Origin: Utricularia gibba
Taxonomy: Eukaryota; Plantae; Magnoliophyta
Assembly (NCBI GenBank): GCA_002189035.1
Contig: CM007992.1
Span: forward strand, 124,001-188,000
Length of the DNA stretch: 64,000 nucleotides
Direction of reading: 5' to 3'
The notes below the pieces were generated by a model. That model saw only the letters and a list, made by a program, of their open reading frames with translations, was not told where the DNA came from and searched no databases. Made by a program: the position numbers and the translations under genes. Within the stretch, counting starts at the first letter, position 1; each line of letters begins with the position of its first letter. Shown in pieces: positions 24,208-36,870 of this stretch.

Positions 24208-26041
24208 ATGGCAGTCACCGCGTCTAGGGTTTCCAAGCAGAGCGCGAAGCCTAATTCAAGCTCAAGTTCGAAGGTCTGGATGTTTTCTTTGCTGCTTGCT
24301 CTTCAGTACGGCGTTCAGCCTCTCGTATCTAAACGCTGCACCAGGTTTTGATTTCTTTCTCTGCTCTTATTTATTGAATCGGCGATTCGTTTTCCGTTTG
24401 ATTGAAGAAAGGTTTAATCACCGTAGGGATTCCTATTGCATTCAATTATGTTTTCTCCAAAAGGTCGAGAAATCGCAGGCTGATCTGATCATGCCTCAGA
24501 AATTTCCCCTTGAACTTTAATTCATCCAATTTTTGATTCTGGCGTTTTTCCCTGTTAGCATTTTGCTTTTCTCAGAATGTTTAGCCTTATATTTTTGCTG
24601 GTTGATGCAGTCGTGAAGTTATTGTAACATCATCAGTATTGACATGTGAGGTGGTAAAGGTATCATCTATATGTTTCCTCATCATATGCCTTGAGAACTT
24701 TCCCTCCTTTGTGCTTCACATGAGCGAGTTTCATTTTGCATCTTTCTGTGATAGGTGATTTGTGCCCTATTACTTTTGGGGAAAAACGGAACCTTAATGA
24801 AGACATTGAAAGACTGGACATTAATTGGCGCTCTTACGGCATCAGGATTGCCGGCAGCCATTTATGCAGTACAAAATACCTTGTTGCAGATATCCTTCAG
24901 GAATCTTGATTCACTCACTTTCTCCGTCTTAAATCAGTCAAAACTTTTCTTCACAGCATTTTTTACGTTCATCATACTAAGGTGATTTGGATTTGACTCC
25001 TGCATTAACACCTGAAATCATTAATTTTAATCGAAAGCATCTCTAACTCCGTTGTCCTGTTTTGACACTATAAGCAGGCAGAGACAATCAATTCAACAGA
25101 TTGGAGCTCTGTTCATATTGATATTAGCTTCTGTTCTCTTGAGCATTGGTGAAGGTTCAAGTAAAGGATTTGGGTCAACCAATTCCGATGATGTTTTGTT
25201 CTATGGAATTATTCCTATTCTCGTAGCGTCTGTGCTGTCAGGTCTGGCCTCTGCATTGTGCCAATGGGCTTCTCAAGTAAGTGAAGCATCTCCATACCTC
25301 CGATTGAGAAAGTGTGCATTTCCATGGATGTGTGAGTTTTTTATTTCAATTTTGAAGGTGAAGAAGCACTCATCTTACTTGATGACAGTCGAGATGTCTG
25401 TGATTGGGATTCTGTGCATGCTAACCAGTGCTTATAAGTCGAAGGACGGTGTGGCAATCGGAAAATACGGCTTCTTTCATGGGTGGACTTTCGTGACCTG
25501 GGTAAGACACTGAATGGCATCATTTTTTTCTTGGAGAATTGCTCTGTTGATCAACTTCAACTCTTGTGCGTTGTGCGCTATCCTCTGCGTCAGTGGATGA
25601 ATTTTAAGTTCCTAGAAATGCACACATGCAATAAAGCTATGCATTGTTGCGATTTCAGATTCCTGTTTTCCTCAATGCTGTTGGTGGAATTCTCGTCGGG
25701 CTTGTGACAACTTATGCCGGTGGTGTTCGCAAGGTGAGATTTTTTCGTTGACGTGTGATGAAGCAAACGAAGTAGAACAGTAGTGTTATGGCTCTCAGAA
25801 ACAAGTGATTAACACATGGAAGCAAGCATTTTAATTTTTTATGGATCGCATTTGATCGGATTTGCTACCTTTTATGCAGGGGTTTGTTAACGTGTCTGCC
25901 CTCCTGGTTACGGCGCTTCTCCAGTACATTTTTGAAGGAAAACCACCCTCCACCTACTGCTTTCTGGCGCTCCCACTGGTGGCCACTAGCATTACAATTT
26001 ACCAGAATTACCCGTACCGAGTTAAGCAGAAGAAATCATGA
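24208..26041 (+). CDS. ROCK1: ER UDP-GlcNAc/UDP-GalNAc nucleotide-sugar transporter, 330 aa, 7 exons
   Basis: Exons 24208-24344, 24611-24659, 24755-24981, 25078-25276, 25358-25501, 25659-25733, 25880-26041 sum to 993 nt in frame; LQYGVQPLVSKRC, LPAAIYAVQN, LDSLTFSVLNQSKL, C-terminal dilysine-type KQKKS. Confidence 0.9.
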
Positions 26042-26227
26042 TGCGATATTTCGGTACACTTTCTTCGTTGTATTTGTAGCTTCATTGTGATTCTCACTCC
26101 TGAGTCCCGAGTTTTGAAGGTGCTTCACTGTTAACAAGGTACACTTTCTTCATTATTATTCTGTAGCAGAATTTGCATTCTCGTTGATGCCCCCAGATCT
26201 AGATGTTGCCTGGGGTTGCCTCTACGC

Positions 26228-26245
26228 GTGTGTGTGTGTGTGTGT
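26228..26245. repeat. (GT)9 microsatellite
   Basis: Seen directly downstream of ROCK1. Confidence 0.9.
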
Positions 26246-26690
26246 TAAGCAGTGAGGTATTCGGAACTACGCTCATTGTCGAGTTCCACCTTACGGATCA
26301 AGACTTAAAATATTCAGGAAAAAAAAAACTGAATAAGATTATCCAGTTTCTCGCCTCACGCGAGCTGTTAAGAATGATTTAAAAATTTCAATATTGGATT
26401 GCGCAAAGTACAGATCATCACAGGGTGAATCTCTAGTTTTTAAAGGGAAAAAGCCTTTCCAGATTGGTCAATTCCTGAATCCCCAGCCGAACCCTGGTTA
26501 GAAAAACCCATTGAAAACCATATTTGAATTGTGTTTTCCTTTTTTGATGAGTAATAATGAAAAGTGGGGTCGGTGGGAATTATTTCAACATTTACCACGT
26601 GGAATGCCCATCCGAATGAGCTGGTGCAGCCCGATGCGCCTAAACTGCCGTCTGGGCGGGAAAAGACAGCTCTTGACATACTGGAAAGCC

Positions 26691-27708
26691 TTAAGCGCTA
26701 GGGTACATGTCACCAAATTGTCGGACTCTAAGTGTCAAATATATTAAAATGATTGTTCCCATGATGGACCTGAAATGGAAAACCTTAGTCAGCCGTGACT
26801 TTTTCCACTATAAGAGAAGCAACTATATACTATATATATACATATACGTTCACAACTTGCTTCTCTTAGATTCACGATACGTCCACTCGTTGCAGTAAGT
26901 ACTTACAGTGGCATTTGGCGAAGATCAAGAAGTGGGTTCTACTTACAGGACTGACGACAGGAGAACAACTCTTCTTGAACTGAATGAAGCGGATCTCTTG
27001 CATTTCCGTGATCTGTTATTAGCGTCATGAACTCTATCTGTCACAAAAATTTTCTGCTGGACATATCAGGATATGATAATCAAAATGAAACATAAGGTGT
27101 GCGAGTGTGTGCCTCGATTCGGTATGCATGACTAAATGACATTCACAGTCACTACTTATGCATGATGCCTGGGTGTAGAAAGTGATGATCTGCAAAAATG
27201 CGTCCAATGGAAAAGTAATTCACGAACTCCGAAGACGAAGCAGAAGATCCGACATACAAATTTTTTGCAAGTAGGAAATTCCCACGGATGCATTAGTTTG
27301 AAGGTTTTTTACCTCTTGATACGAACTTCGGTAACTCAGTGGCATGGTTCATCAACAATTGCATCAGTTTTCCTCCAACCTGCACACGAAAATCTCCGAA
27401 CAATGGCTTCTGTGAACCAATGATTGTATCATTAAACTTGCATTTTAACCATACAATCGAGTGGATACAGATTATGCCACAGGGAAACAGAAACAAACCT
27501 CTTTCGAAATTTCACTCTCTGAATTGGCAAAGCACTCTTCAGTGATCTTCGGATCATCCGCCATTCCTTTCTCGACATCAGCATCTGTGACGCTTGGCAC
27601 ATGGTTTTTCACCTTATCGACATTATGATTTACACCATTCAGCAAACTAGCTTCATAGTTCAAGCACATCTCGCTCTTCAGCACGTTGGGAACTTCCATT
27701 AAGGGCAT
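26691..27708 (-). CDS. Uncharacterised small tail-anchored membrane protein (about 148 aa; start uncertain)
   Basis: Exons 27708-27499, 27379-27313, 27037-26947, 26769-26691 join in frame with GT-AG borders; ends RKCKRSASFSSRRVVLLSSVLSIMGTIILIYLTLRVRQFGDMYPSA*, a basic patch plus a C-terminal hydrophobic helix. Confidence 0.65.
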
Positions 27709-29370
27709 CTTCAAGTTCGGCCTACTTTGCAGGTAAGTTGTTCCCTCGGGAAAAATCACGAGCGCATGAGAACTTTGGCACTGAAGAAATAGTAGATATT
27801 TCCGAGAACCAAACGAATCAAATAATGATATAACAACCAAATTAGGAATTGAAAAATGAAATGATGACAAAATAGTGCAGAAAATGACAGCAAACAGCTA
27901 GAATGTCACACTCGGAGAAACGTAATGAAAAGCAACAAATATTGGAAGGTATAATATGCATAGGCCTTCTATTGTAAAAAGGCGGTTGAGTGGAAACGTC
28001 AGCCAGGAGGAAAAGAAGACTCCTGATAAACATCATCCTCCCCAAATCGTATTTGCTATTTCCAACACCAGTCACGAGATGCAACGATTATTTTTCAGTG
28101 TACGTCACCATAAAAAACGGCGAAGAAAGAAAATGAAAAACGGAGATGAGTGCTGAGGATTCAAAAGAATCAAGAACTGATATTAGTCTTACACCACCAA
28201 AAACTTCATATCTTCAAAACCACGGCACAATAACACAAAATCCTGCAGCTAAGTGCAAGAGAAGCCAACAACAAGAGGAAAACGAGAAAGCGATGCAGAG
28301 CCTACCGACAACTACGTTGAAATCTGATAATCGAATCACGCAGTCGCATTAAAAACTTCGGATCTCACAAATGACGACAGCGCACGCCAAAACAGAACTA
28401 GAAAAAAGAAGAAGAAAAACTCAGAAATCGCACCTCCTCACTCGAATCAACCGCCATTGACAACCAAGACTCCGACCTCCAAGCCGCGTTCACAGGCAAC
28501 CACGATACTTCCTCAAACAGCCTCCTCCCCGCCGCCGCGCTTCTGCAACACTACCAGACGCAGCGCACGCGTAACCAGTGGAAATCCTTGACGCCGATGC
28601 GCGAGGAGTGGAGGAATAGACGAAAGCTCCTGATCCAAACCTCGAGGAGCACGATAACCGCTTCATGCGGAGAAATAAAAAGAAATCCTGCCGCGCCGCT
28701 GAGCTTAACCTCACCTCATCCATCATAGTTCAACGTCAACATCCCGCCAGCCTGTCTTCTAGAACAAACAAATAAATACCTGCAATTAAATGCGATTAAT
28801 CCATTAACCATTCCACTTTTAAAAAACCACAATTTAGTCACCATAAAAAGCATATTAAAGCCAATAAAATCGAGATTAAATCAAGATAAGCAAATCCAAA
28901 AATGAGGTAAATAGTTGCTGAGTTAGTCCTGCCAAGGGGAACCAACGTGAAATAGACCCCATGCCAAATGCGCTAGATGGTACGTGGGTCAGGGTCACGG
29001 CAGTTGCATTTGCATCATACCGCAATGTCGCTAAAAGGCAATAAATGGGAAGTGAACCCGGGGGAGGCCCTATGATTCCTCTCCTATAGGGAATAGATTT
29101 TGCCTAGTACATAAATAAGTTATAATTAAGATAAAAATGGGTATATAAAGATTAGGTATATAACAGTATAATTTTATCATAATTCATTATTTTATATTAT
29201 ATTCATGTTAAAAATTATACAAATTATAATTTATCTCATCTATTAAACATCATGTTTTTTTATTTAATTATCTATTTTTATATTTTCTATCAAATACACT
29301 CATAGAACATACGGGTATGGGATGTATTAGAGAATTAGATAAATGTATTTTTGATAAAAATGAACATCCT

Positions 29371-29386
29371 ATATATATATATATAT
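29371..29386. repeat. (AT)8 microsatellite in AT-rich intergenic DNA
   Basis: Seen directly. Confidence 0.85.
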
Positions 29387-29984
29387 AATATAATTTGTTA
29401 TATTACATGAGATATAAAGTCAAAATAACCATTTTTTCTAAATAAGGGTGGGAGTGCTCGCTTTTTACTATTTATTCTGTTCAAAGAATCTAATTTTTGG
29501 AATGTCTAGTCCCATCCAGTCAAATGACGTGTGTTTTGGTAAAGGGGGTGAGCTTTTTTGGTGGGTGTTTAGGGGTAAAAGGGATGGGATGGGCCACCAA
29601 GAGGACAACTGGGCCAAAATGGGTGAGGATGTGGATCGGTAGCTGTGCTTGTCTTTCATTTGTTTAAGTCTTAATGACAGCTGACAGAGCAAGAGGAAAG
29701 GACATGTTTAACCTTGGAAATTAGTTACCTGCTTCCGGGTCGGTCATTCTGGACCTAAATCTACCCTTTCTTGGTGGGAATTACGGCACCGCTAGGCTAG
29801 CTACTTGTGCGTGAAGCGCGACACCTGCCGGAAATGTAGGGCTGCTCTCGCCGAGGGGAGGGGAGTGGGTCGCCGCCGCTATTCCCCAGAATTCTGTTCA
29901 ATTCTTTCCCCTTTTCACATCCTTTCTAATCGGAAGTGGTAGTGAAATTCGGTCTTCGTTTTCGTTGCTGATTTCTACTCCGAG

Positions 29985-31632
29985 ATGCATCATCTGGAGG
30001 TTTATTTTGGTGACTTGGTCGGCCTGTGTGGCGATTTGCCGAGGAGGGATTCGCATTCGATCGGCGGTTTGTTTCTAGAGGATTCCACCCCTCGATCACT
30101 CGTTTCCTTCACGTGTACGCGGCATTCTTCCATTTGGCCTTCTGCTGTGAGGAGGCGTTGTGGGAAATTGGTCACGCGGCGGCAAGGGTTCTTGTGTGTG
30201 ACTCTCTCTTCTGTTAATGATGGGGGGGACTGGACGGAAAGCAGCATATTGGATGATCTGAAGGAGAAGAACGGTGAACGTGAAACTGAGGGTGAGAATG
30301 GAACCGTGACTCTCAACGAGATTGGCAAAGAAGAGACAAATTTTATTCTGAAACGAGGAGGAGGCGCGCTGAACACCGCAAAGCATCTCTGGGCAGGTGC
30401 TGTGGCTGCCATGGTCTCAAGGTTTTCCCTTTTTCAAGTCATTTTCATCTCAATTTATTTGCAATGAAGATGAGTTTATCTTTTTGTGGTAGTTGACAAA
30501 TTCGATTTTTGAGAAGTTTCTTCCCGTATTTTTGAAGCTGTTTTAAATTTTGTCCCAGAACCTTCGTTGCGCCATTGGAGAGATTAAAACTGGAATACAT
30601 GGTCCGTGGTGAGCAAAGGAATCTCTTTGAGGTAATTAAATCAATAGCAGACGCTCAGGGGCTCAGAGGATTTTGGAAAGGGAACTTTCTCAACATTCTG
30701 CGCACTGCGCCTTTTAAGGCTATCAACTTCTATGCTTATGATACATACAGAAATCAGCTGCTAAAGTGGACTGGCAATGAAGAGACTACAAATCTAGAAA
30801 GGTTCATTGCTGGTGCTGCAGCCGGAATTACAGCAACCGTTCTATGTATTCCGATGGACACCGTGCGTGAGTTGAATAATATACTTGTCTTCCTTTCTAC
30901 CATACATGTTTCTAGTGAATTGTGCGCGTGATGTTTGACCCTCTACTTGTTCTTGTCTAAAATTTCAGATCAGAACAGTTATTGTAGCACAGGGTGGTGA
31001 GGCCTTTGGTGGTGTAGTTGGTGCTTTTCGCCATATGATACAGAACGAAGGATTCTTTTCTTTGTACAAGGGCCTAGTTCCATCCATCATTAGCATGGCA
31101 CCTTCTGGTGCCGTCTTCTATGGAGTTTATGACATCCTAAAATCGGCATACTTGCATTCACCGGAAGGCCGAAGAAGGATTCAAAACATGAAGCAACATA
31201 GCGATGAGTTGAGTGCTGTGGACCAGCTTGAGTTGGGGCCCATTAGAACTTTGGTTTATGGAGCCATTGCCGGTGCCTGTGCCGAGGCTGCTACATATCC
31301 CTTTGAAGTTGTGAGAAGACAACTTCAGATGCAAGTTCGTGCTACAAAGATGGGCTCATTACCTACATTTTTGAAGATCGTCGAGGAAGGAGGAATACCG
31401 GCATTGTACGCAGGAGTGATCCCCAGTTTGCTACAAGTAACCCCTCCTGCTGAATGTGTTCACTTTTTCGTTCCTTTCATGATTCCAATGACACATCAAC
31501 TCTGACATTCAAGTCATTCGGTTTCCATTTCTCGTAGCTTATCCTTGCAACTGTGATGTTCAGGTGTTGCCCTCAGCTGCCATCAGCTACCTGGTGTACG
31601 AGTTCATGAAGATCGTACTCAAAGTGGAGTAA
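29985..31632 (+). CDS. BTL3-like: Mitochondrial carrier family protein, BT1-like adenine nucleotide transporter (BTL3-like), 425 aa
   Basis: Exons 29985-30421, 30559-30862, 30969-31436, 31564-31632; three carrier repeats with PLERLK, PMDTIR, PFEVVR signatures; GALNTAKHLWAGAVAAMVSRTFVAP; ends MKIVLKVE. Confidence 0.9.
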
Positions 31633-32091
31633 GCAGCGCGAACTCCTTACGGGGCCCCTCCTTTTCCTCATCTCCTAGCTGTTGAGTATTCCATTGGGCA
31701 GTATCTTCTTGCCAAACTCCTGCATGATAATAATCCTGGAGGAGCCGGGAATTCATGGTGGTAGGCTTTACATAATCAACATGAAAAAGAGTTAGTTTTT
31801 TTCTTCAAGAAAAACTTAACAGTCGTGTAGCACCCCGATTTGTGTTTTTCAAACACTGTTAGGCTGATGATTCGGTGCTTTGAACCAAGAACAGACTAAC
31901 CCCGGACATTCATCTCTTCCACAGTTGAGGTGTAGGCACAGGGAAGACTAGTTGCATTTGAGGGCTTCCGGGTCACCCGAGCGGAGCCCCCGGCGCTAGA
32001 TCTGGATACCCGAACCCGAATCACCTGCCTTTTCTCCCCTTCTTTTTGATTTGCTACATCTACGCACCAATACGCTCTTTTCGCCGGGCGC

Positions 32092-33123
32092 ATGATGGAT
32101 GAAATGGAGGGACTCCGGAACAGTTCCGCCGCCGGAATTGAGCAAAAGCACGCGGCAATGCTGGAGCGTCTCTCGAATCGCCATCAGTCACGTCTCGCCG
32201 CAAAAGCTGAAGCAGAGGATGGCGCCTCATCCACTCAATTGTTCCTCTCCCAGTTCTCTCAATCAAAACATTCGATCGAGACTCGCCTCTCGGGTGCCCG
32301 CCAACGCCTCGAACAAGCCCAGAGGTCGGATCTGGAACCGATCTCACAAGAAATCTCCGCGCTAGAGAAGTTGATAGCGGAAAACTCCTATTTCTTACCG
32401 TCCTACGAAGTCCGCAGTTGTCTCGACGCAGTCGCTCAACTCAAGCAATCGCTGGGCACCCTCACCTCCCAAGCGATTCCCAAGAAGAAATTCTCATTCA
32501 AGAACAAGTCTTCCAGACAGCCAACAACGGAGGCCGCTGCAAATGTAGCAATCCCTATTGTGTCGCAGAAGAAAAATCCGGATGTGGTATCTGATGGAAA
32601 TTTGATGTCTGCTCCTGGGTTAAGAAACACGGAGAACGAGGTTTTGGTTAAGGAATTCGGTGCCTCCGAGACGGATACTGGAAATGGAGAATTCGTTCTG
32701 TCGAATTTGAGGAACTGTGAAGTGAGGTTAAAGGGTTGTCTAAGAGCATTGTTCATAGACAAACTGATAAACTGCAAGGTTTATTGTGGGGTTGTGATGG
32801 GTTCTGTTCTAATTGAGGAAGCAGAAAGGTGCATTTTTGTTACGGCTTCGCACCAGATCAGGATCCATAATGCAAAGGACTGTGACTTCTACCTTCGTGT
32901 TAGAAGTAGACCCATCATTGAAGATTGCAGCAAGGTTAGATTTTCTCCATATTGCCTGAGGTATGAAGGGCTGAATAAGCACTTGTCTGAAGCCAATCTT
33001 GATGAGGAGACTGGGAATTGGGCAAATGTCGACGATTTCAAGTGGCTGAGAGCTGTGCAGTCTCCAAATTGGTCAGTCCTCCCAGAGAATGAACGGATGG
33101 AAACGGTTGATATTACAAGTTAG
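32092..33123 (+). CDS. TFCC: Tubulin-folding cofactor C, intronless
   Basis: N-terminal helical bundle (LEKLIAENSYFLPSYEVR), PKKKFSF, C-CAP domain (ASHQIRIH...DFYLRVRSRPIIEDC, NVDDFKWLRAVQSPNW). Confidence 0.95.
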   Translation: MMDEMEGLRNSSAAGIEQKHAAMLERLSNRHQSRLAAKAEAEDGASSTQLFLSQFSQSKHSIETRLSGARQRLEQAQRSDLEPISQEISALEKLIAENSYFLPSYEVRSCLDAVAQLKQSLGTLTSQAIPKKKFSFKNKSSRQPTTEAAANVAIPIVSQKKNPDVVSDGNLMSAPGLRNTENEVLVKEFGASETDTGNGEFVLSNLRNCEVRLKGCLRALFIDKLINCKVYCGVVMGSVLIEEAERCIFVTASHQIRIHNAKDCDFYLRVRSRPIIEDCSKVRFSPYCLRYEGLNKHLSEANLDEETGNWANVDDFKWLRAVQSPNWSVLPENERMETVDITS

Positions 33124-33591
33124 TTGAAATTTTTGTGTCAAACTCAAGGCTTTGAGTTGCCTTTTCTTGAATGATTATGGTATTCTGTTGTTTTCATGAC
33201 GCGGAACGTCTTTGGCTGTGTTGAAATTTCCTTATACCTTCTTGTTTCTGAGGCCGAGTCTGTGAATATAAAATTGTACCAATTGAATATTCGAAACAGA
33301 TAATATCATATATTAAAAAATAAATTGATAAATTGTTACATTTGAAATAAGTGATCACTTACCAAATAAGTGTCAATATCTCATATGAAAGACACTCCAG
33401 GTACATTATCATGCAAAACCAATCCCTTGAACTCATTGTTGATGTTCAGTCCACAATCAAAGCGAAGTGAGAATACGATATACATCTCATGAATTACCAA
33501 TATGCTGGAAAAAATAGGATGAGTCACATGCCAAATATCTCTGAATTGGTCAAAAGTCATCAGGGGTGATAACGAATGTGGGGTGAGAGTA

Positions 33592-33638
33592 TGGGCCTCA
33601 GTAATGTAGGTTGGGCCTGGGGCTTACTGCTGACGTCA
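33592..33638. promoter_or_regulatory. Two site II elements plus TGACGTCA upstream of the 14-3-3 gene
   Basis: TGGGCC 33592 and 33612, TGACGTCA 33631, about 170-210 nt upstream of the ATG. Confidence 0.5.
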
Positions 33639-33801
33639 TCAGGCATGAGCGTGCCGAAAGGGGAAAAAGGAACCATTTCCTGAATTGACTTTTTACCCCC
33701 GGTGGGATTTTAAAACCTTCTCCTCGCAAAATTTTCTTCCACTCGCGTTCGCTCTCCCCTTCGTTTGAACGGTCCCCGGTAGCTTCTCTCTGCGAGTCTG
33801 A

Positions 33802-35155
33802 ATGGCGTCTCCCCGGGAAGAGTACGTGTACAAGGCGAAGCTCTCGGAGCAAGCGGAGCGTTACGAGGAAATGGTGGCGTTTATGGAGAAGGTCGTCGAA
33901 GCAGTCGACGGGGAAGAACTTTCTGTGGAAGAGCGGAACCTACTTTCGGTCGCCTACAAGAATGTGGTTGGCGCTAGGCGTGCTTCCTGGAGGATCATCT
34001 CTTCGATAGAGCAGAAGGAAGAGAATCGCGGAAACGATGGACATGTTTCTTCCATCAAGGGCTACAGATCTAAGATCGAATCTGAGTTATCCTCCATTTG
34101 CAATGGCATTCTCAAACTTCTTGACTCGAAATTGATTGAATCTGCGGCCAGCGGCGAATCTAAGGTTTTTTATCTGAAAATGAAGGGAGATTATCATCGG
34201 TATCTGGCGGAGTTTAAGATTGATGCAGAACGTAAGGAAGCGGCTGAGAGCACTCTGGCTGCGTACAAGTCTGCTCAGGTTCGCCTTTCTGTTTAATGTT
34301 TAACTGAAATTTTGGGATCCTGATCTGTGTTAGGTTTTTTTTTCTAGATCCTGATCCTTCGATTCCGTAGATTTTGTCTACTGCACAATCTGTTTTTGGT
34401 TTATGAATCTGGTGAACTCAGTAAACGAATGGCCGAATTGCGGTACTTAGTTTAAATTCAACGTACTTTTCCTGTATTGTTAACGGATTAAGTCGACCCA
34501 GTTCTCCTTCTTGGTTGTCACTTCCACCCAATCGATAGCAAGGAAGGGCTAGAAAGTTCAACTTCATACGCGATCTATAACTTTTAATAGTCTGGGTTAA
34601 CATGTCAATGCAGTTATTATTCGTAATCTACGTTGTTTCTCGAAAAAAAAGAACTCATTTTTAGCCTTATTTGAGTGGAATTTTGTTCCTCTTATTTTCA
34701 GGATATTGCCAACGCTGAGCTAGCCCCAACACATCCAATCCGGCTTGGCCTTGCACTTAACTTCTCAGTTTTCTACTACGAGATTTTGAACTCCCCGGAT
34801 CGTGCTTGCAATCTTGCCAAGCAGGTTTGTTTACACTCGCACATATAGTCATAAAAATTGGTAAAGACTATATTGTGACTCCTTTTTTGTCTTTTCGAAG
34901 GCTTTCGATGAAGCTATTTCGGAGTTAGACACCCTTGGAGAGGAATCATACAAGGATAGCACGTTGATCATGCAGCTTCTTCGAGACAATCTCACTCTCT
35001 GGAGTTCAGATATGCAGGTATCTTCATTAGAGTGACTCATGAAGTACATACTCCTAAGATTCTTGGATCATGTTGCTAAAATTTGCTTTGGTGTGTTTCT
35101 GCAGGATGATAATGCTGACGACATCAAAGAAGCACCTAAGTCTGGCCATGAGTAG
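33802..35155 (+). CDS. GF14: 14-3-3 protein, non-epsilon group (omega/chi-like), 255 aa, 4 exons
   Basis: Exons 33802-34278, 34702-34824, 34901-35017, 35105-35155; [63 protein letters not shown]. Confidence 0.97.
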
Positions 35156-35556
35156 GGATCATCTGCGGCAGCTCAGTTTAGAGTATCACTGGGTTGGTGT
35201 TACTTTCAATGCAGCTTTCTTTTTTTCATCGAATAGAAAGATTGGAGCTTGATGCTACCAAATCAATGCCACCTTTCGGGTGACCTTCGATTTTGGATGC
35301 GCTTCTGGCCCATTTCTTGTGGGTATGTTTTAATACACCTGATACTTGATCAAAACTTGGCTTCCCGTTCCGCTTCATTGTCATCCCTGGCTTTCTCCCT
35401 CGAATCCGTAAGTTTAAAGATTACAATTTCTCACAGGCTATGACTGCATATCTGTTAGAATTAGCAGTCTCTCACGTTCTGCAGGCCGTTTTAACACCAA
35501 CCCTAATGAGTAGTGAACTACTTAAAGACGACTACAGGAACATGACTAATGCCTTA

Positions 35557-36870
35557 TCATTTCTCTATTGAAGCGTTAGTGGTGATCACGGAGCCTGTGG
35601 ATGCATCATTCTTTTGAAAATGAAGCACTCTTCTTATGCTCAGGTGGAGATTCCCTACGCGCCTGAACATTTTCCTCATTCTTCTGTATGAATGCTCCAC
35701 ATCCTTCCAATTTGGTGTGTTTCCACCGTCTGAAACTACATGAGAATGCCGTCTCTGATGATAAGTGAAGATGGACAGTGGAGTTCGTGTCTCAGATTTC
35801 ATCGTCTCCACTGGGCACTTAAGAGTAGGTTCTTCCTCATGCGATGCTATCTCGTCTCCAGGGTCATTGAGGAAGTGAATGTCGTCCAGAGTGAAGCTGA
35901 AAGTTTTCTTCAAACCTCTGCTCATGGCGTTTCTTTCAGCATCCACATCACTTGTGAGCATATCTAATTCACCATGATGCTTATCTTTGTTGCCTGCTGA
36001 GATCGTTGACAGAAGAAACTTCAAACGAGTGATCTTTTCCTGAGCTGCAGCTTCACTATCTCTGAGACGCTCATTTTCTTTTGTGAGAGAATGCAGCGTC
36101 TGCTCCTTGTCTGCAATGCAACCCTTGAGAAAAGATTTCTCGTCTCTAGCTATTCTTGCTGTGGATTTCGTAGCATCTGCCTCGTTGATGGCTTGTTTCA
36201 TTATATCCCTTGACTTGCTCATTTCTTCTCTTGCAGCCATGGCCGCGTCTTCAGCAGCCTTGAGGGATTCACCAAGTCTGCGGCAGTCATGCTGTGCGAC
36301 TGCCTTTTCTTCCTCTGCCCTTTTAATGCAACTTACAAATCCAACTTCCTTCTCATTCCAAGCCAAAAGTGCTTCATCAGCTTCCAATCTCAGCCTATCT
36401 GCCATGTTTTTGTTCAACACAGCTTCCTCTCTAGCTTCATGTAGTAGATTCTGGTATCGTTCTTCGGTGCTAAGAAGAATTTCCTTCATCCTCTGGACCT
36501 CGCTCCGTGCCTCCTCAAGCTCGTCTTTCTTGAGTCTGAGTTTCTCCTTCGTGTGGTTGGCCTCGGTGACCACCTCCTTGAGAGCAAAAGCAAGATCTTC
36601 CATAGCTCTCCTGGTTTTTTCCTCAGCTTCAGTCGCTAGTTTCCACTCATTTCTCAACTGTTCCATTTCTTCCAACGCGCTCCTTGCTCCTCCTCCAGTT
36701 TCCACTGCATTTTCCTTGACTTTCGGAATGTCTTCCTCTCTCGAGCTTCCCTCTCCACCATGCAGAGAAAGTGTGTGGAATCCTGAGCGTTGGAGCTCAA
36801 TCGTTGTTGCTTCTTCATGCTCGTTCTTGTCTTCTTCCAGTGACTCGATCATCTTGTCCTCTAACCGCAT
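35557..36870 (-). CDS. Coiled-coil protein, WEB/myosin-heavy-chain-like (an upstream exon may be missing from this model)
   Basis: 437-aa ORF, E/K/A-rich heptads, MEDLAFALKEV, LLAWNEKEVGFVSCIKRAEEE, RDIMKQAINEA, ENERLRDSEAAA; frame open to a possible acceptor near 36900. Confidence 0.78.
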   Translation of the reverse strand: MRLEDKMIESLEEDKNEHEEATTIELQRSGFHTLSLHGGEGSSREEDIPKVKENAVETGGGARSALEEMEQLRNEWKLATEAEEKTRRAMEDLAFALKEVVTEANHTKEKLRLKKDELEEARSEVQRMKEILLSTEERYQNLLHEAREEAVLNKNMADRLRLEADEALLAWNEKEVGFVSCIKRAEEEKAVAQHDCRRLGESLKAAEDAAMAAREEMSKSRDIMKQAINEADATKSTARIARDEKSFLKGCIADKEQTLHSLTKENERLRDSEAAAQEKITRLKFLLSTISAGNKDKHHGELDMLTSDVDAERNAMSRGLKKTFSFTLDDIHFLNDPGDEIASHEEEPTLKCPVETMKSETRTPLSIFTYHQRRHSHVVSDGGNTPNWKDVEHSYRRMRKMFRRVGNLHLSIRRVLHFQKNDASTGSVITTNASIEK

